A stretch of 64,000 nucleotides of DNA from assembly GCA_951406725.2 (NCBI GenBank), contig OX597817.1, positions 158,720,001 to 158,784,000 of the forward strand. Direction: 5' to 3'. Positions 12,154 through 24,374 of this stretch are shown piece by piece (the first letter of the stretch is position 1; each line of letters begins with the position of its first letter). The notes beneath the pieces were generated by a model, which saw only the letters and a list, made by a program, of their open reading frames with translations, was not told the origin of the DNA and did not search any database. Source of the DNA: Octopus vulgaris (taxonomy: Eukaryota). The position numbers and the translations under genes are program-made.

Positions 12154-12501
12154 TGCATACACATATGGAAAAACAAGAGAGATTAACAGTTGCACACACA
12201 TGCAATAGTTCACTTAACTGCACAATTACTGTAGGATTTAGGAATAGCAGTGTATACATGTGGCCACATTCATCACTGATCTAGGATAACAAGGTACGCT
12301 CAATTATGAACCATGCTATGCTTGGGGTCGGCAATCAGTCAAAGAATCTGCTTGTACTGCAAAAACTTGCCCCAGCGATCACCCACGATGTTCAGTTACC
12401 CAGAATGCACTGATTATCATTTGTGCTTACATGACTGTACTGCAAGGCTGCATAGTTTTTATACAGACCTTATGTACTCGTACTAATCAACATGGGACCA
12501 G

Positions 12502-12670
12502 AGAAAAGAAAATATACAAAGGCATCTGATGCTAACAAACGATGCAGCTGAATGTATTCTCTACAGGGAAAGGTAGAGACGATCAAGAAAATACGTGATG
12601 GTGGAAGCTTTGCTGCTGTGGGCTGTGGGTTTGGTGTCAACGAATCTACTATTTTGTTCCATTTACAAAG
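12502..12670 (+). pseudogene. pogo/Tigger (CENP-B-type HTH) transposase N-terminal relic
   Basis: MGPEKRK..*MYSLQGKVETIKKIRDGGSFAAVGCGFGVNESTI resembles the psq/CENP-B HTH; internal stop; truncated by a SINE. Confidence 0.65.
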
Positions 12671-12673
12671 TAT

Positions 12674-13092
12674 TACTCTTTTACTTGTTTTAGTCATTTG
12701 ACCGTGGCCATGCTGGAGCATCGCTTTTAGTCGAGCAAATCGACCCCAGGACTTATTCTTTGTAAGCCTGGTACTTATTCTATCGGTCTGCTTTGCTGAA
12801 CCGCTAAGTTACGGGGACGTAAACACACCAGCATCGGTTGTCAAGCGATGTTGGGGGCGGGGACAAACACAGACACACAAACATATACACACACATACAT
12901 ATATATATATATACACATATATATATATATATATATATGACTGGCTTCTTTCAGTTACCGTCTACCAAATCCACTCACAAGGCTTTGGTCAGCCCAAAGC
13001 TATAGTAGAAGACCTTTGCCCAAGATGCTACGCAGTGGGACTGAAACCGGAACCATGTGGTTGGTAAACAAGCCACTTACCACACAGCCACT
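12674..13092 (-). mobile_element. SINE family A
   Basis: Near full-length copy. Confidence 0.88.
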
Positions 13093-13467
13093 ATTCATTC
13101 ATTTATTATTATTTATTTACATGTGATCAAAGGTGGTCTCAGGCAGGTTTAGTATCAAAAGGTCTAAACTTAGTACCTGTGTTTTGCTTCAATTACATCT
13201 TATTTCATAGATTAATAACTAAATATTCTTGGATGGTGATTTGATCTGAAGTTGAGGGTTAAAACTAAAATTATGTTACACTCACATCTGCCATTCAAAA
13301 CTCACATTCACTTTTTTATCTTTTCTTTTATTTGTTCCAGTTGTTGGACTGTGGCCATGTTGGGGTACCAACTTGAAGGATTTAGTCAAACAAATTGACC
13401 CCAGTATTTTTTAAAATCTGGTATTTATTCTATTGGTCCCTTTTCTTGAACTTAACTGTCAATACAC

Positions 13468-13528
<61 letters not shown>

Positions 13529-13574
13529 TATACATGATGGGTTTTCATAGTTTCCATCAATCAAATTCATTTGC

Positions 13575-13735
13575 AAGTTCAAATTACACCGAGGTCGACT
13601 TTGCCTTTCATCCTTTCGGGGTCGATAAATTAAGTACCAGTTACACACTGGGGTCGATATAATCGACTTAATACCTTTGTCTGTCCTTGTTTGTCCCCTC
13701 TGTGTTTAGCTCCTTGTAGGCAATAAAGAAAGAAG
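13575..13735 (+). mobile_element. SINE family B (5'-truncated), nested in family A
   Basis: Core and tail match the family. Confidence 0.8.
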
Positions 13736-14467
13736 AAGACACTTGCCCCAATGCCACGCAGTGGGACTGAACCCAAACTATGTAGTAGTTGCAAAATGAA
13801 TTTCTTAACCACACAGCCATTTTGTAATAATAGCACATATCTAATATAAAGGTTTTTTTGTAAGGTATGAAACAGCTGCTACACACACACACACACAAAT
13901 GGAAAACCCTTATATAGAAAAAATTCTGATTACTGTCTTCTTTCATTACTCACCTCTTACCACCACCCGAACCCTTTCTCCCAAGGTTTATTTACAACCC
14001 TCTGAAAAACACCCTACTAGTCCACATGTTCTCTGAAAGTATCAACCATACTAGCCTCACCAACCTAGTAAGTCCTATAAAGTCTATGGATACTGCACTT
14101 CTTCTTTGCAAAGTGTAACATAACACACTCACAGAAGAAGAAGAAAAAAGGCTGGGCCTCCCAGACTGCTGCACACAACATGCACATACACCATTTTACT
14201 CAGACAAACTACGGTAGCACCTGCAACATTTGCAGCCCCTCAAGAAACACACTTGCATTACATCTTCTGTTACATTTGTGTAATAATGCTGATGATTAGA
14301 TCAATGAAATTCATCATCATCGTTTAACGTCCGCTTTCCATGAGGGCTGGCGAACCAGACGGCTGCACCAGGCTCCAATATGAATATAACAATATGAGTC
14401 TTTTAAAGGATTTTAATGACTGATCTACAATATGAGTTACTTCAGATCTTACATCAAGTCACTTTAA

Positions 14468-14685
14468 CCCTTTAGTGTTTAAACCAGCCACATCTGGCCC
14501 AGATATTCTACATGTTTTATATTTCAACTAGCCATATCTAGCCTCTCGCACCTAACCTACATTGACATTCTAAAAATAAATATTCACATCATTAAGATTT
14601 CAAAGCTATGAGATAATGTATGATTAATTCAAAACAATGAGTAAAAAAGCATTACATTTAACAGGGTAATCTGAACATTAAAGGG
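14468..14685 (-). mobile_element. piggyBac-type MITE, family 1 (diverged)
   Basis: TTAA TSD and CCCTTT/AAAGGG ends. Confidence 0.8.
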
Positions 14686-15535
14686 TTAAAAGCAAAATAT
14701 GCCTTGTTTATTGAAGTAGTAAGGTTATTTGAACTTATGCTCATATGGTAGGTTACCCAGCATCTATAGTTATCTTACACCTCATGCTGTGTGAGAGATA
14801 GAGAGAGCGTGTGTGTGTGTGTGTGTGTGTGCGCACATGCATGTGTGGATGTGTGTAATGTAGTTTATATGCACAATTAACACTACAGTTCTCACCATAC
14901 ACTCCTGAAGTATGTAGAGTATTTGTGAGTGTCACCACAGTGAGATCCATAACATAATTGTATACATTCTAAGTGATTGTCACTGGATGGAAAGTACCCT
15001 GTGTGGATTGCAAGAATCCATTCAGATACCTGCAGAAAACTATATAATTATACAAATGAGTGCATGTATGTATATACAAGAGAAAAAAAATCTTGCAAGA
15101 TGCATTAGGAATCTGTGGATCCTCTACACAATCACTCAATTTGCTCAGAATAACAGCCAAACCTTCAACTCATAATACCCTACTAACTGGTTAGTATAGA
15201 TATATTTTTCCTAAAAAAAAAAAAAAATAGATGTTCATGTCTGGAACACTCTTAGTCTAATTGATGTCAGGGCTCACCTGGAACTAAATAACTTCTAACA
15301 TAATCTAATGAAGGACCTTCTTTGTGATTGTTCTAGTCATAAGAAATGCTAACCCGAACTCCTTTCAATCATATTAGATAAGTCTTGTTCAATCAATGTT
15401 CATTTTGCCATGGTAGCATAGGGCTAGGATATAGATTTGAGGTACAATTTTACAACTGGATGCTCTACCTGGAGCCAACCTTTACCTATTTTACACATTC
15501 TGTGTCATGCTGAATATCCCCGAGAACTACATTAA

Positions 15536-15741
15536 CCCTTTCATTATTGTATTTATTTTGAGATGTTCTGTGTTTCTTTCAATTACTTTAAATATAACAA
15601 AGAATTTAGTAAAATAACTTAGTTATCATTCAGCTAGTGTTAGGAACATAAATTATGACTAAGGTGGAAGATTTGAATTCAAAACTTATGAAAACAAAAC
15701 ATTTGTACTACAGAGCCAGAGCCGGTTTAGTAACAAAAGGG
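15536..15741 (+). mobile_element. piggyBac-type MITE, family 2
   Basis: TTAA-CCCTTTC..AAAAGGG; body shared with the 24155, 32164 and 33479 copies. Confidence 0.75.
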
Positions 15742-15919
15742 TTATGGGTAAGCATGTCTGAACAGTACTCAGCCACTTGGACATTAATTCCAAGAGCAAG
15801 CTGTTTCATTGATCGGATCAACTGAAATTCTTGTCATTATAAGCAGCAGAGTGCTATTTTCTTTCTATTTCTACAACATAAAAATATTTTGACAATTTTA
15901 TTTTATACAATTCCTCATA

Positions 15920-16318
15920 TCTTTATATATAAAAGAGAAGTTGTGTGTCTGTCTCCTACGATTCAGATTCCTAACTACTCCTACATTTTGCGGTGCAGTT
16001 TAACCAAAACCGAGTATCTTACAGTCGTGATTCATACCGATCCCATCTGGGTATTAGCGCGCGTCTACGATGAGTCTACGATTTTAAAAATAATTTACCA
16101 TCATTTTTTTCCATTTTAATGCATTTTTTCGCTATTATATAAGGAAGTAACTCTCTAAAAATGTCTACGATGGGTCAACGATTTAAAAAAAAAATTACCA
16201 TAAATTTTTTTTTCCATTTTTAATGCATTTTTTTGCTATTTTTTTGCTATAACCCTCTAAAAATGCTTATATAGTTATTTCCCTTACAAACCCGAGCAAC
16301 GCCGGGCGATACTGCTAG
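15920..16318 (+). mobile_element. Non-autonomous Helitron
   Basis: A|TCTTTATATATAAAAG start and CCCGAGCAACGCCGGGCGATACTGCTAG|T end. Confidence 0.85.
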
Positions 16319-16711
16319 TTTAATTATAAAAATATACTAGGACTTTTTTAAAACAGTGAATGGCTATAAGGGTCCACCCAAGTAAAACAGGAAACAAATG
16401 TTTTAAATAGGTAAAACAAATAGTTGGAAACCACTGCGCTAGTTGTTACAGTGCTTGGAAAATGTTACAAATTGTTCAATGATCATTTCTCCAGGTATAA
16501 ACTTGTTCTTATCAAATAACTACAAATTACCACCAGGCCACAGAATGCAACCATTGCATATCTACACCCTTCTGTTTGTTTATCTGTCTTTTAATGTTTT
16601 TCCACCTGAATTGCTTTTGATGTCAGCAATAAAACATCTTTTTTTATCACTGTGGTCTTTTACATGATATACTGGATACGCCTACTTATTGTTTGTGAAT
16701 GTGTAAGTACG

Positions 16712-16763
16712 TACATACACACACACACACAGTGAGAGAAAGGATGTGTGTGTGTGTGTATAT

Positions 16764-16796
<33 letters not shown>

Positions 16797-16869
16797 CATA
16801 CATATATATACACATACATACATATATATACACATACATATATATATACCCATATATATACACACACAC

Positions 16870-16916
<47 letters not shown>

Positions 16917-17001
16917 TATATACATACACACACACATACATCCACATATATATATATATATATATACACACAGACACACATAGTGAAAGGGAGAGAGAAA
17001 A

Positions 17002-17043
<42 letters not shown>

Positions 17044-17135
17044 CACATAGTGAAAGGGAGAGAGAAAGTGTGTGTATACATACACACACATATATATATA
17101 TATACACACACAGTGAAAGGGAGAAAGTGTGTGTG

Positions 17136-17177
<42 letters not shown>

Positions 17178-17178
17178 A
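16712..17178. repeat. Compound TA/CA/TG microsatellite with repeated AGTGAAAGGGAGA(GA)AA spacers
   Basis: Seen directly in sequence. Confidence 0.9.
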
Positions 17179-17384
17179 AGGCAAACTGGCAGAATTGTTA
17201 GCACAGTGGGTAACATTCTTAGCAGCATTTCCCCTATCTTTATGCTTTAAGTTCATATTCCACTTAGAGCGACTTTGCTTTTCATCCGTTTGGGGGTTGG
17301 TCAAGTAAAAGTACCAGCTGAATACTGGGATTGATGTAATTGGCTTACTCTCTCCTTGCAAAATTGCTGAAACCAATATATGCA

Positions 17385-17624
17385 TACACAGAGAGTGACA
17401 AGGCCGGCCCTTTGAAATACAGGTACAACAGAAACAGGAAGTAAGAGTGAGAGAAAGTTGTGGTGAAAGAGTACAGCAGGGATCACCACCATCCCTGCCG
17501 GAGCCTCGTGGAGCTTTAGGTGTTTTCGCTCAATAAACACTCAGAACGCCCGGTCTGGGAATTGAAACCACGATCCTACGACCGCGAGTCCGCTGCCCTA
17601 ACCACTGGGCCATTGCGCCTCCAC
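17385..17624 (-). mobile_element. tRNA-derived SINE family C
   Basis: Reverse copy with an intact tRNA-like head. Confidence 0.8.
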
Positions 17625-18169
17625 TAACACACACACACACAAACGTTCCTATTATTGTACCTCATTCAAAAATGTAGTCTAAAACTTTTTTCCCTATTTT
17701 TAAGAATACACAAACGATGTTTAATTATGAAACCACACTTATTCTGATAAGCTAATGTGTGAAGGAACATAATGCCGACCTATATCAAAGGGTTTAATAA
17801 TTACGTTAAAATCTTGAGCAAAATCACAATACAACAGCACAAACAACATGAGACTCCAGAACTTAAGTCCATTTTATGTATAACAATTTATGATGTTGCC
17901 AACATTTCAGTAAGCTGCTCCAATGTCTAATTATATTGAAAAGTAATTAGAGCACAATAGGAAGTTGACTTGTTAGAAACATAGTGAGGAAGTTGTTAAG
18001 TAATATGATTGAAGTAATTAAACATCAATTATTAAAAAGTGTGAATTCTGACAAATATAAACACTGCTGTTGTTGGAATTATTTAGCCCCAGGTCAGTCC
18101 TGATTTAATAGGTTTATGATTAAAGGTGTTTCATAAACACCCACCCATTCTATTGCTTTATGAAGATAA

Positions 18170-18548
18170 CTAGCAGTATCGCCCGGCGTTGTTTTGACCC
18201 TTTAGAATTGGAATTTTTGAAAAGTAAAAATTTTGCATTATGTAACTTGTTATTCTCTTTAAGTGAACATTTTTCTGGTAGAAATACGCCGTAAAATGGC
18301 GACACAGCAGTAAAAAAAATCGTAATAAATAGGGATTTTCATAGAAAAAAAGCACCTTTTTGATGTAAATAATTTTTGGTGTTAACATGGTCCGATTTGA
18401 ATTTTTTCTTCTACGGAATGAAGAGCAAGCCTTCTTCTATCATACTCTCAATTTTGGTCAACTTGCGCCACAGGGTCTCGGAGGAGATAGTGTTAGTTGA
18501 AGGCTACCAAACCTGCCATACACAGACAACTTCAGCTTTATATATAGA
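18170..18548 (-). mobile_element. Non-autonomous Helitron
   Basis: Same CTAG end (hairpin partly deleted) and TC start; body nearly identical to 11494-12120. Confidence 0.8.
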
Positions 18549-19190
18549 TATATGTAGAAGTACATTATATAGTGATGAATGTGATTTAAGGGAGATTTGA
18601 CTGCTGTTTCTAACAGTACCATATAGAAGATTCCTTGCTGACTCCCTGGTTGAGTGTAAGTCACGTGTATAACCCTTTTCCCTTGTAGATATATTAAAGT
18701 TCAACAACAGCAAGTCTCTATAAGGATGTTTGACTTGTTTAGAAATAGTAGCTAAATTTCCCTCATTTCATATCATAAAAAAAAAAAAGGACAGATTAGA
18801 CAATGCATTCCTAGATATATTATGCTTGAAAGAAAAATGCAATGGTCAATGTTGGAATGCTTCTGATCAAAGGAGTGTCCAAGCAAAGATGACCAGGGTG
18901 GAGCAGGGACTAGAATACAACAGCAACAACAATTATTATTAGCTCTGCGGATTGGGTAAGTGGTACTGCAGCAGATCAGTGACTTAACCAGAGCAAGGGT
19001 TAACAGACTAATATCTCACAACTACTCAACTGTGAAGCCTACATCACACACACACACACACACACACAGAGTCAGTGAGTCTGTCTGTCACTTTAGTATA
19101 TACACAACAGTTATCATCCGCACCCTTGCAGCAAGATCTGCAACAACTGCACAGACACGAAGCAGCAAAAGTATTAAGAATGATACTTAC

Positions 19191-19283
19191 ATCTACATAT
19201 GTCTTGAATTCAGCCCCACTTAAGAGTATCACCTGTACAACTTTCCTCTTCTTAGGGGACCCACTGCCATTTAGTAAAGACAT
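19191..19283 (-). CDS. FRMD6: FERM domain protein (FRMD6/FRMD1/Expanded-like), first coding exon: MSLLNGSGSPKKRKVVQVILLSGAEFKTYVD
   Basis: ATG at 19283; 31 codons; GTAAGT donor at 19190; phase 0 joins in frame to exon 7123-7033; VQVILLSG..F resembles the first strands of a FERM F1 lobe; in-frame stop upstream of the ATG. Confidence 0.85.
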
Positions 19284-19345
19284 CCTGCAGCAGCCTGTCA
19301 GCTGATCTCCAAGTGGTAAACATTACATTGGTCTATGTGATACAC
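19284..19345 (-). other. 5'UTR part of the start-codon exon
   Basis: Strong acceptor TTTTTTCCTTTCCATCTTTTACAG at 19346 onward; in-frame ATG-TAA within this segment implies a non-coding upstream exon further 5'. Confidence 0.7.
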
Positions 19346-20057
19346 CTGTAAAAGATGGAAAGGAAAAAAACATCAGTGGTGAGGCATAAGCGCGGCTATG
19401 TGGTTAAGAAGCTTGCTTCCCAACCATGTGATCTTGGGTTCAGTCCCACTGTACAAAATTTCAGGCTTTGTGCCTATAGAAGAAAGAATATGATATTCAA
19501 CCTGGAGGGGGAAATTAATGAGCAATATTGACAAAAGTCTAGACGCAAGTATTAAAAGTACATGAACATGAATGTAGAAGGAAAGAATGATAGCCTAGAA
19601 GGTATCATGTATACACACACACACATATATATCATTACAGAGAGGTGTAAAATATCACAGAACATTCATTCACTGATAGTAAGTATTGCTTAGTTCCATT
19701 TTGTTAATGAGCACATGTTAAAATTATTTCAAAATGCCGAAACGTCTAGCTTTGACAACTTCCAAGACAAACTAAATCTGCAAATAGAAACAACATCTAG
19801 CTAGAAATATTACAAAATTTTGAAGTGATACAGAAATTAGAATTTTTTCAAATTGAAATAGCTGAGCTGTGATAATACAGATTTATTTAGGTCACAAATT
19901 GCATTTAGGTTTTGAAAGAATTATTAAATGCCAATCTGTATACAAATGATTCAATCAGTTACAATACAGATAATCCCTCCAAATATAATACAGTATAAGA
20001 AAATAGTCAGAAAAATGTAATAATTTGTTAAAACATTCATTTTATCTTTTTCACATA

Positions 20058-20740
20058 ATGGCTGTGTAGTAAGAAGTTTTTTTCCCTGCCGCCTGATTTT
20101 GGGTTCAGTCCCACTGCATGGCACCTTGAACAAGTGTCTACTATATTCTGGACCAACCAAAGCTTTATGAGTGGATTTGGTAGGCAGACACTGAAAGAAA
20201 CCTGTTTTATACATGTGTGTGCGTGTATATATATGTACATGTTTAAGTTTGTAATCCATTGCTTGACAACTGGTATTGATTTAGAAAATTACTATTTGTA
20301 AATCTCTCAAGGAGAGATATTCAGCAACAGTACTCCAGAGTAAAGATTATTTGCCAACATAACATGGCAGTCCTGGTTTAGGACGAATGTTGCTGTAATT
20401 TAGCCCCAGGAGACATCGTCTCCAGCTGGCTATATGACACAATCTATCCTTGTTCGAAAATATAAGGACACAGATCGTGTTGTATAGCCAGCTGGAGACG
20501 ATGTCTCCTGGGGCTAAATTACAGCAACATTCGTCCTAAACCAGGACTGCAATGTTATGTTGGCAAATAATCTTTACTCTGGTATTGATTTGTTCACATT
20601 CCTGTGATTTAGTGGTTCAACTAAAGAGACTAATGGAATAAGTACCAGACTTTAAAAAAAACAATAAAAAAAACTGGAGTTGATTTGTCCAACTAAAATC
20701 TTTCAACTGCATGGCTGCAATTCAATGACTGAAAGAAGTG
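20058..20740 (+). mobile_element. SINE family A (diverged) containing a fold-back insert
   Basis: SINE sequence resumes after the 13-bp duplication at 20579. Confidence 0.7.
20335..20582. repeat. Long inverted repeat (about 110-bp arms) within a TSD-bounded insert
   Basis: Few mismatches between arms; flanking duplication CTGGTATTGATTT. Confidence 0.9.
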
Positions 20741-21009
20741 ACAAATATACATAGAGAACTCAAAGCACTGAACTAGATGCAAGTTGGTTTCTCATTTTTA
20801 TAATACAGCTGTTGTTTAGAGCACTATGTTAGAATTTCACCTTCTATGATACCTACTTACAGTTATGTGAACAAGGATGTAAAGAAATAAATGGATAAAT
20901 GGACAGGCTATATATACTTTGGTATCAATGGCAGGATATGCACTACGAGCTCTTAAGATAGGTGTTTTATTGGCTGAGATGAGGATAAGATGCAAATCTT
21001 TGTGTTTCA

Positions 21010-21376
21010 GCTTTTACTTATTTTAGTCATTGGACTGCGGACATACAGGGTTTAACCAAACAATCGACCCCAGGACTTATTTCTCCTTTTTTAAGTCTGA
21101 TACTTATTCTACTGTCCTCTTTTGCTGAACCACTAAGCTCTGGGAACATAAACAAACCAACACTGGTTAAAATGCAGTGGGGTGGGAGACACCGACACAC
21201 ACACAAACACATGAAGACTTCCATACAGTTTGCATCTATCGAGTTCACTCACAAGATATTGGTTGGCCCAGGGCTATAGTAGAAGACACTGGCCCAAGGT
21301 GCCATGCAGTGAGAATGAACCTGAAACCACATGGTTGCAAAGTAAGCTTCTTAACCACACAGCCATGCTTGCACCT
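21010..21376 (-). mobile_element. SINE family A (diverged)
   Basis: Homologous head and tail. Confidence 0.7.
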
Positions 21377-21525
21377 CCAATGTCTAACTGAGGAGAGTTG
21401 AGGAGCCCTGCTCAAGAGAGAATTCTTAACCAGAAGTTCAGTGACAAATCCTGACATCATGAATTCAGCAGTACCTGGTTTACTCCCTGTACATTTAATT
21501 TATTTCCTATAATATGAAACATTAA

Positions 21526-21745
21526 CCCTTTAGTGTTCACATTATTCTGCCAAAATTAATCCTTTTTTATCTAAATTGTTTTGAACTAATCATGCATTAT
21601 CTTGAATCTATGAGATTTTGATGAGGTACCTGTAATTTTTAAAACGATATTGTAGGGTTAGTGTGAGAGACCAGATCTGGCCAGTCTGACCATAAAACAG
21701 GCAGAATACTTTTGGCCAGATATGGCCGGTTTAAATGCTAAAGGG
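21526..21745 (+). mobile_element. piggyBac-type MITE, family 1
   Basis: TTAA TSD and TIRs. Confidence 0.85.
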
Positions 21746-22649
21746 TTAAAAGAACTAAGAATCAGAATTGGTGACAATTTCACAGATTACAGTCAGAACA
21801 GTATAATAAAGGCATGTAATCAAGGGAATTTAAATTAAATGTGATGGCGACAAAAGAAGGAATGGCTATGAAACCTGGAATTAACAGAGACAAGGTAGTT
21901 TCTTTTACTCAATGTTTAGAAGCAACAACAAAAAAAAAAGCCAATCCTGAAAATATCTGAAATTCTCTGACAATTACCAAAACAACACCACTACCACTAC
22001 CATGAACACCAAACAATACTGTCAGTGTTGTTTTTTTCCAAGTGGTACCAGATAAACAGACTAACTTTCTACCAATAGAAACATTCAAACAGCTAACATG
22101 GGAATGTAGGAATATAAGAAAATGGTGACCTTGAGGTAGAAATTTTCAACATGATGCAATAAGCATCATCATCGTCATCATCTTGAGCAAGGAGATTGAG
22201 GTAAAAAAATAAGCAAAACAGCTCCATTAATAAGGAAGGTCACAATCAGCACTACATGTGGTAGACATAATTCCAATAAATGAAGGGTCAAAATATATGC
22301 CAGTTTAATGATGGTGGTCACATACAAATCTTAATATGAGAGATACAAACCAACAAAGGAACTTCTATGTAACTGTTCAAATTTCCCTTAAATTCCATCA
22401 TGAAAAGAGGAAGGACACATCAGATAATCAAGTTCTAGATACACTGTCCTTTAAAACGAAACAGATGTGATAGTCATGAAATGGAGTGTCTTTGATCTTA
22501 AGTCTTCTGGAGCTGGTTTGACTTAGGGCTAAACAATATCGACACAATATAGAGAAATGTTGTTTTGTGGTAAAGACTTTTCATGAACTGAGGAGTAAGT
22601 AACCCATTTTCATTCTCCTTTTCATCACTTTCTTTAATATCCTTTTCTA

Positions 22650-23035
22650 TTCTAGGCACAAGGCCCGAAATTTTAGGAGATGGGACCTGTCGATTAGATC
22701 GACTCCAGTATACAACTGGTACTTAAGTTATCGACCCCGAAAGGATGAAAGGCAAAGTCGACCTCAGCGGAATTTGAACTCAGAATGTAAAGACAGACGA
22801 AATACCTATTTCTTCACTACCCACAAGGGGCTAAACACAGAGAGGACAAGCAAGGACAGACAAACGGATTAAGTCGATTATATCGACCCCAGTGCGTAAC
22901 TGGTACTTATTTAATCGAACCCGAAAGGATGAAAGGCAAAGTCGACCTCGGTGGAATTTGAACTCAGAACGTAGCGGCAGACAAAATACCGCTAAGCATT
23001 TCACCCAGCATGCTAACGTTTCTGCCAGCTTGCCA
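22650..23035 (-). mobile_element. Two adjacent Nin/Deu-domain SINE copies (family B)
   Basis: GCCTTTCATCCTTTCGGGGTCGATAA..AAGTACC core with B box GTTCAAATTCC; present twice. Confidence 0.8.
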
Positions 23036-23419
23036 CTGAATAAAGCATGAACATCAAACCTGTTCACATCTTTGTAAATGGTTCCATGAAATTGTTCCAG
23101 CAGCAGCAGAAAGTAAGTAACATTTAATCATGACACATCCATTCAACCATGGCAAGATCAAGTGAAGCGACATATCAGCCAGCCAGAGTGTTCAATATAA
23201 AAAATTCAAGTCTGAAAAACTACTGAAACCCTCAGTGAAGAAAGTAAAGAGAAAATCATAGCACAAAATGATATTCTGCTTAGCAACCTACTCCTGCTTC
23301 CCTGACCCTGGTTGTAACAAAACTTGATTCTATCTGAATTTAAACTCACAATAGTAAGACATTAAATATAGAGATATACTGTTGATATACAGTGTTTCTT
23401 ATATAGATTCATCATTTAA

Positions 23420-23639
23420 CCCTTTAGTGTTCAGATTATTCTATCAAACATAATGCCTATTGATTCCCATTGATTCGAATTAATCATGCATTATCTCATA
23501 TCTTCAAGATCTTGATGGTGTAATTACTTAATGTAGAATAACATAGTAGGGTAGGTGTGAGAGCCTGGATCTGGCCAGTTTGAACATAAAACAGGTAGAA
23601 TACTTTTGGCCGGATATGGCCGGTTTAGATACTAAAGGG
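23420..23639 (+). mobile_element. piggyBac-type MITE, family 1
   Basis: TTAA TSD and TIRs. Confidence 0.85.
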
Positions 23640-24154
23640 TTAATGTCCATTTTCCCATGCTTGCATAGGTCAGTCAGAATTCGCTGAGGCTGATTTTCTA
23701 CAACTAGAGGCTTTTCTTGTCACCAACCCTTAGCTGTTTTCAAAGCAAGGTAATATTTTCCCATGGCCAGACTTGTTTTGTCATGGAAGATAAACTTACT
23801 TGCATGACACTGATAATGATTTACAGCCATCACGTGATGTCTAGACAAGGGTACATGTGGACACACACAAATATATATATATATATGACAGGCTCCTTTC
23901 AGTTTTTGGCTACCAAATTCACTCAAAAGGCTTTATTCTGCTCTGAGACTCTAGTAGAAGACATGCCCAAGGTGCCACATGCTTGGGAAGCAAGCTTCTT
24001 GACCACAGTCATGCCTGCACCTAGATATGGAAAGTAGCACATACATATACAGAGACAGTTATATAGTTATATAGAGACAAGCATGGATAAGATATATGGT
24101 AGAAGGACATTCTGGGCTCCCGAATCCTTCTGAATACAGTGACGAAAGGGTTAA

Positions 24155-24374
24155 CCTTTCGTTACTGTATTTATTTTGAGATGCTTTGTGTTTCTTTCAA
24201 TCACTTTAAATATAACAAAGAAATTTAGTAAAATATCTTAGTTATCATTAAGCTAATGTTAGGAACATAAATTGTGACTAAGTTCTAGTGGAAGATTTTA
24301 ATTCAGAATGTATGAAAACAAGACATTTATACCCAGAGTCAGAGCCGGTTTCAGCCGGGTTGGTAACGAAAGGG
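24155..24374 (+). mobile_element. piggyBac-type MITE, family 2
   Basis: TIR CCTTTCGTTAC/GTAACGAAAGGG with TTAA flanks. Confidence 0.8.

Noticed and set aside
16660-17385. Long ORFs (up to 241 aa) rich in Y/I/C/V/H/T
   Set aside because: Translations of dinucleotide microsatellites, which lack stops; the same applies at 36.5-37 kb, 48.1-48.7 kb and 55.2-55.7 kb.
19044-19190. ORF read-through past the first coding exon
   Set aside because: Continues through a consensus GTAAGT donor into a TG microsatellite; intronic.
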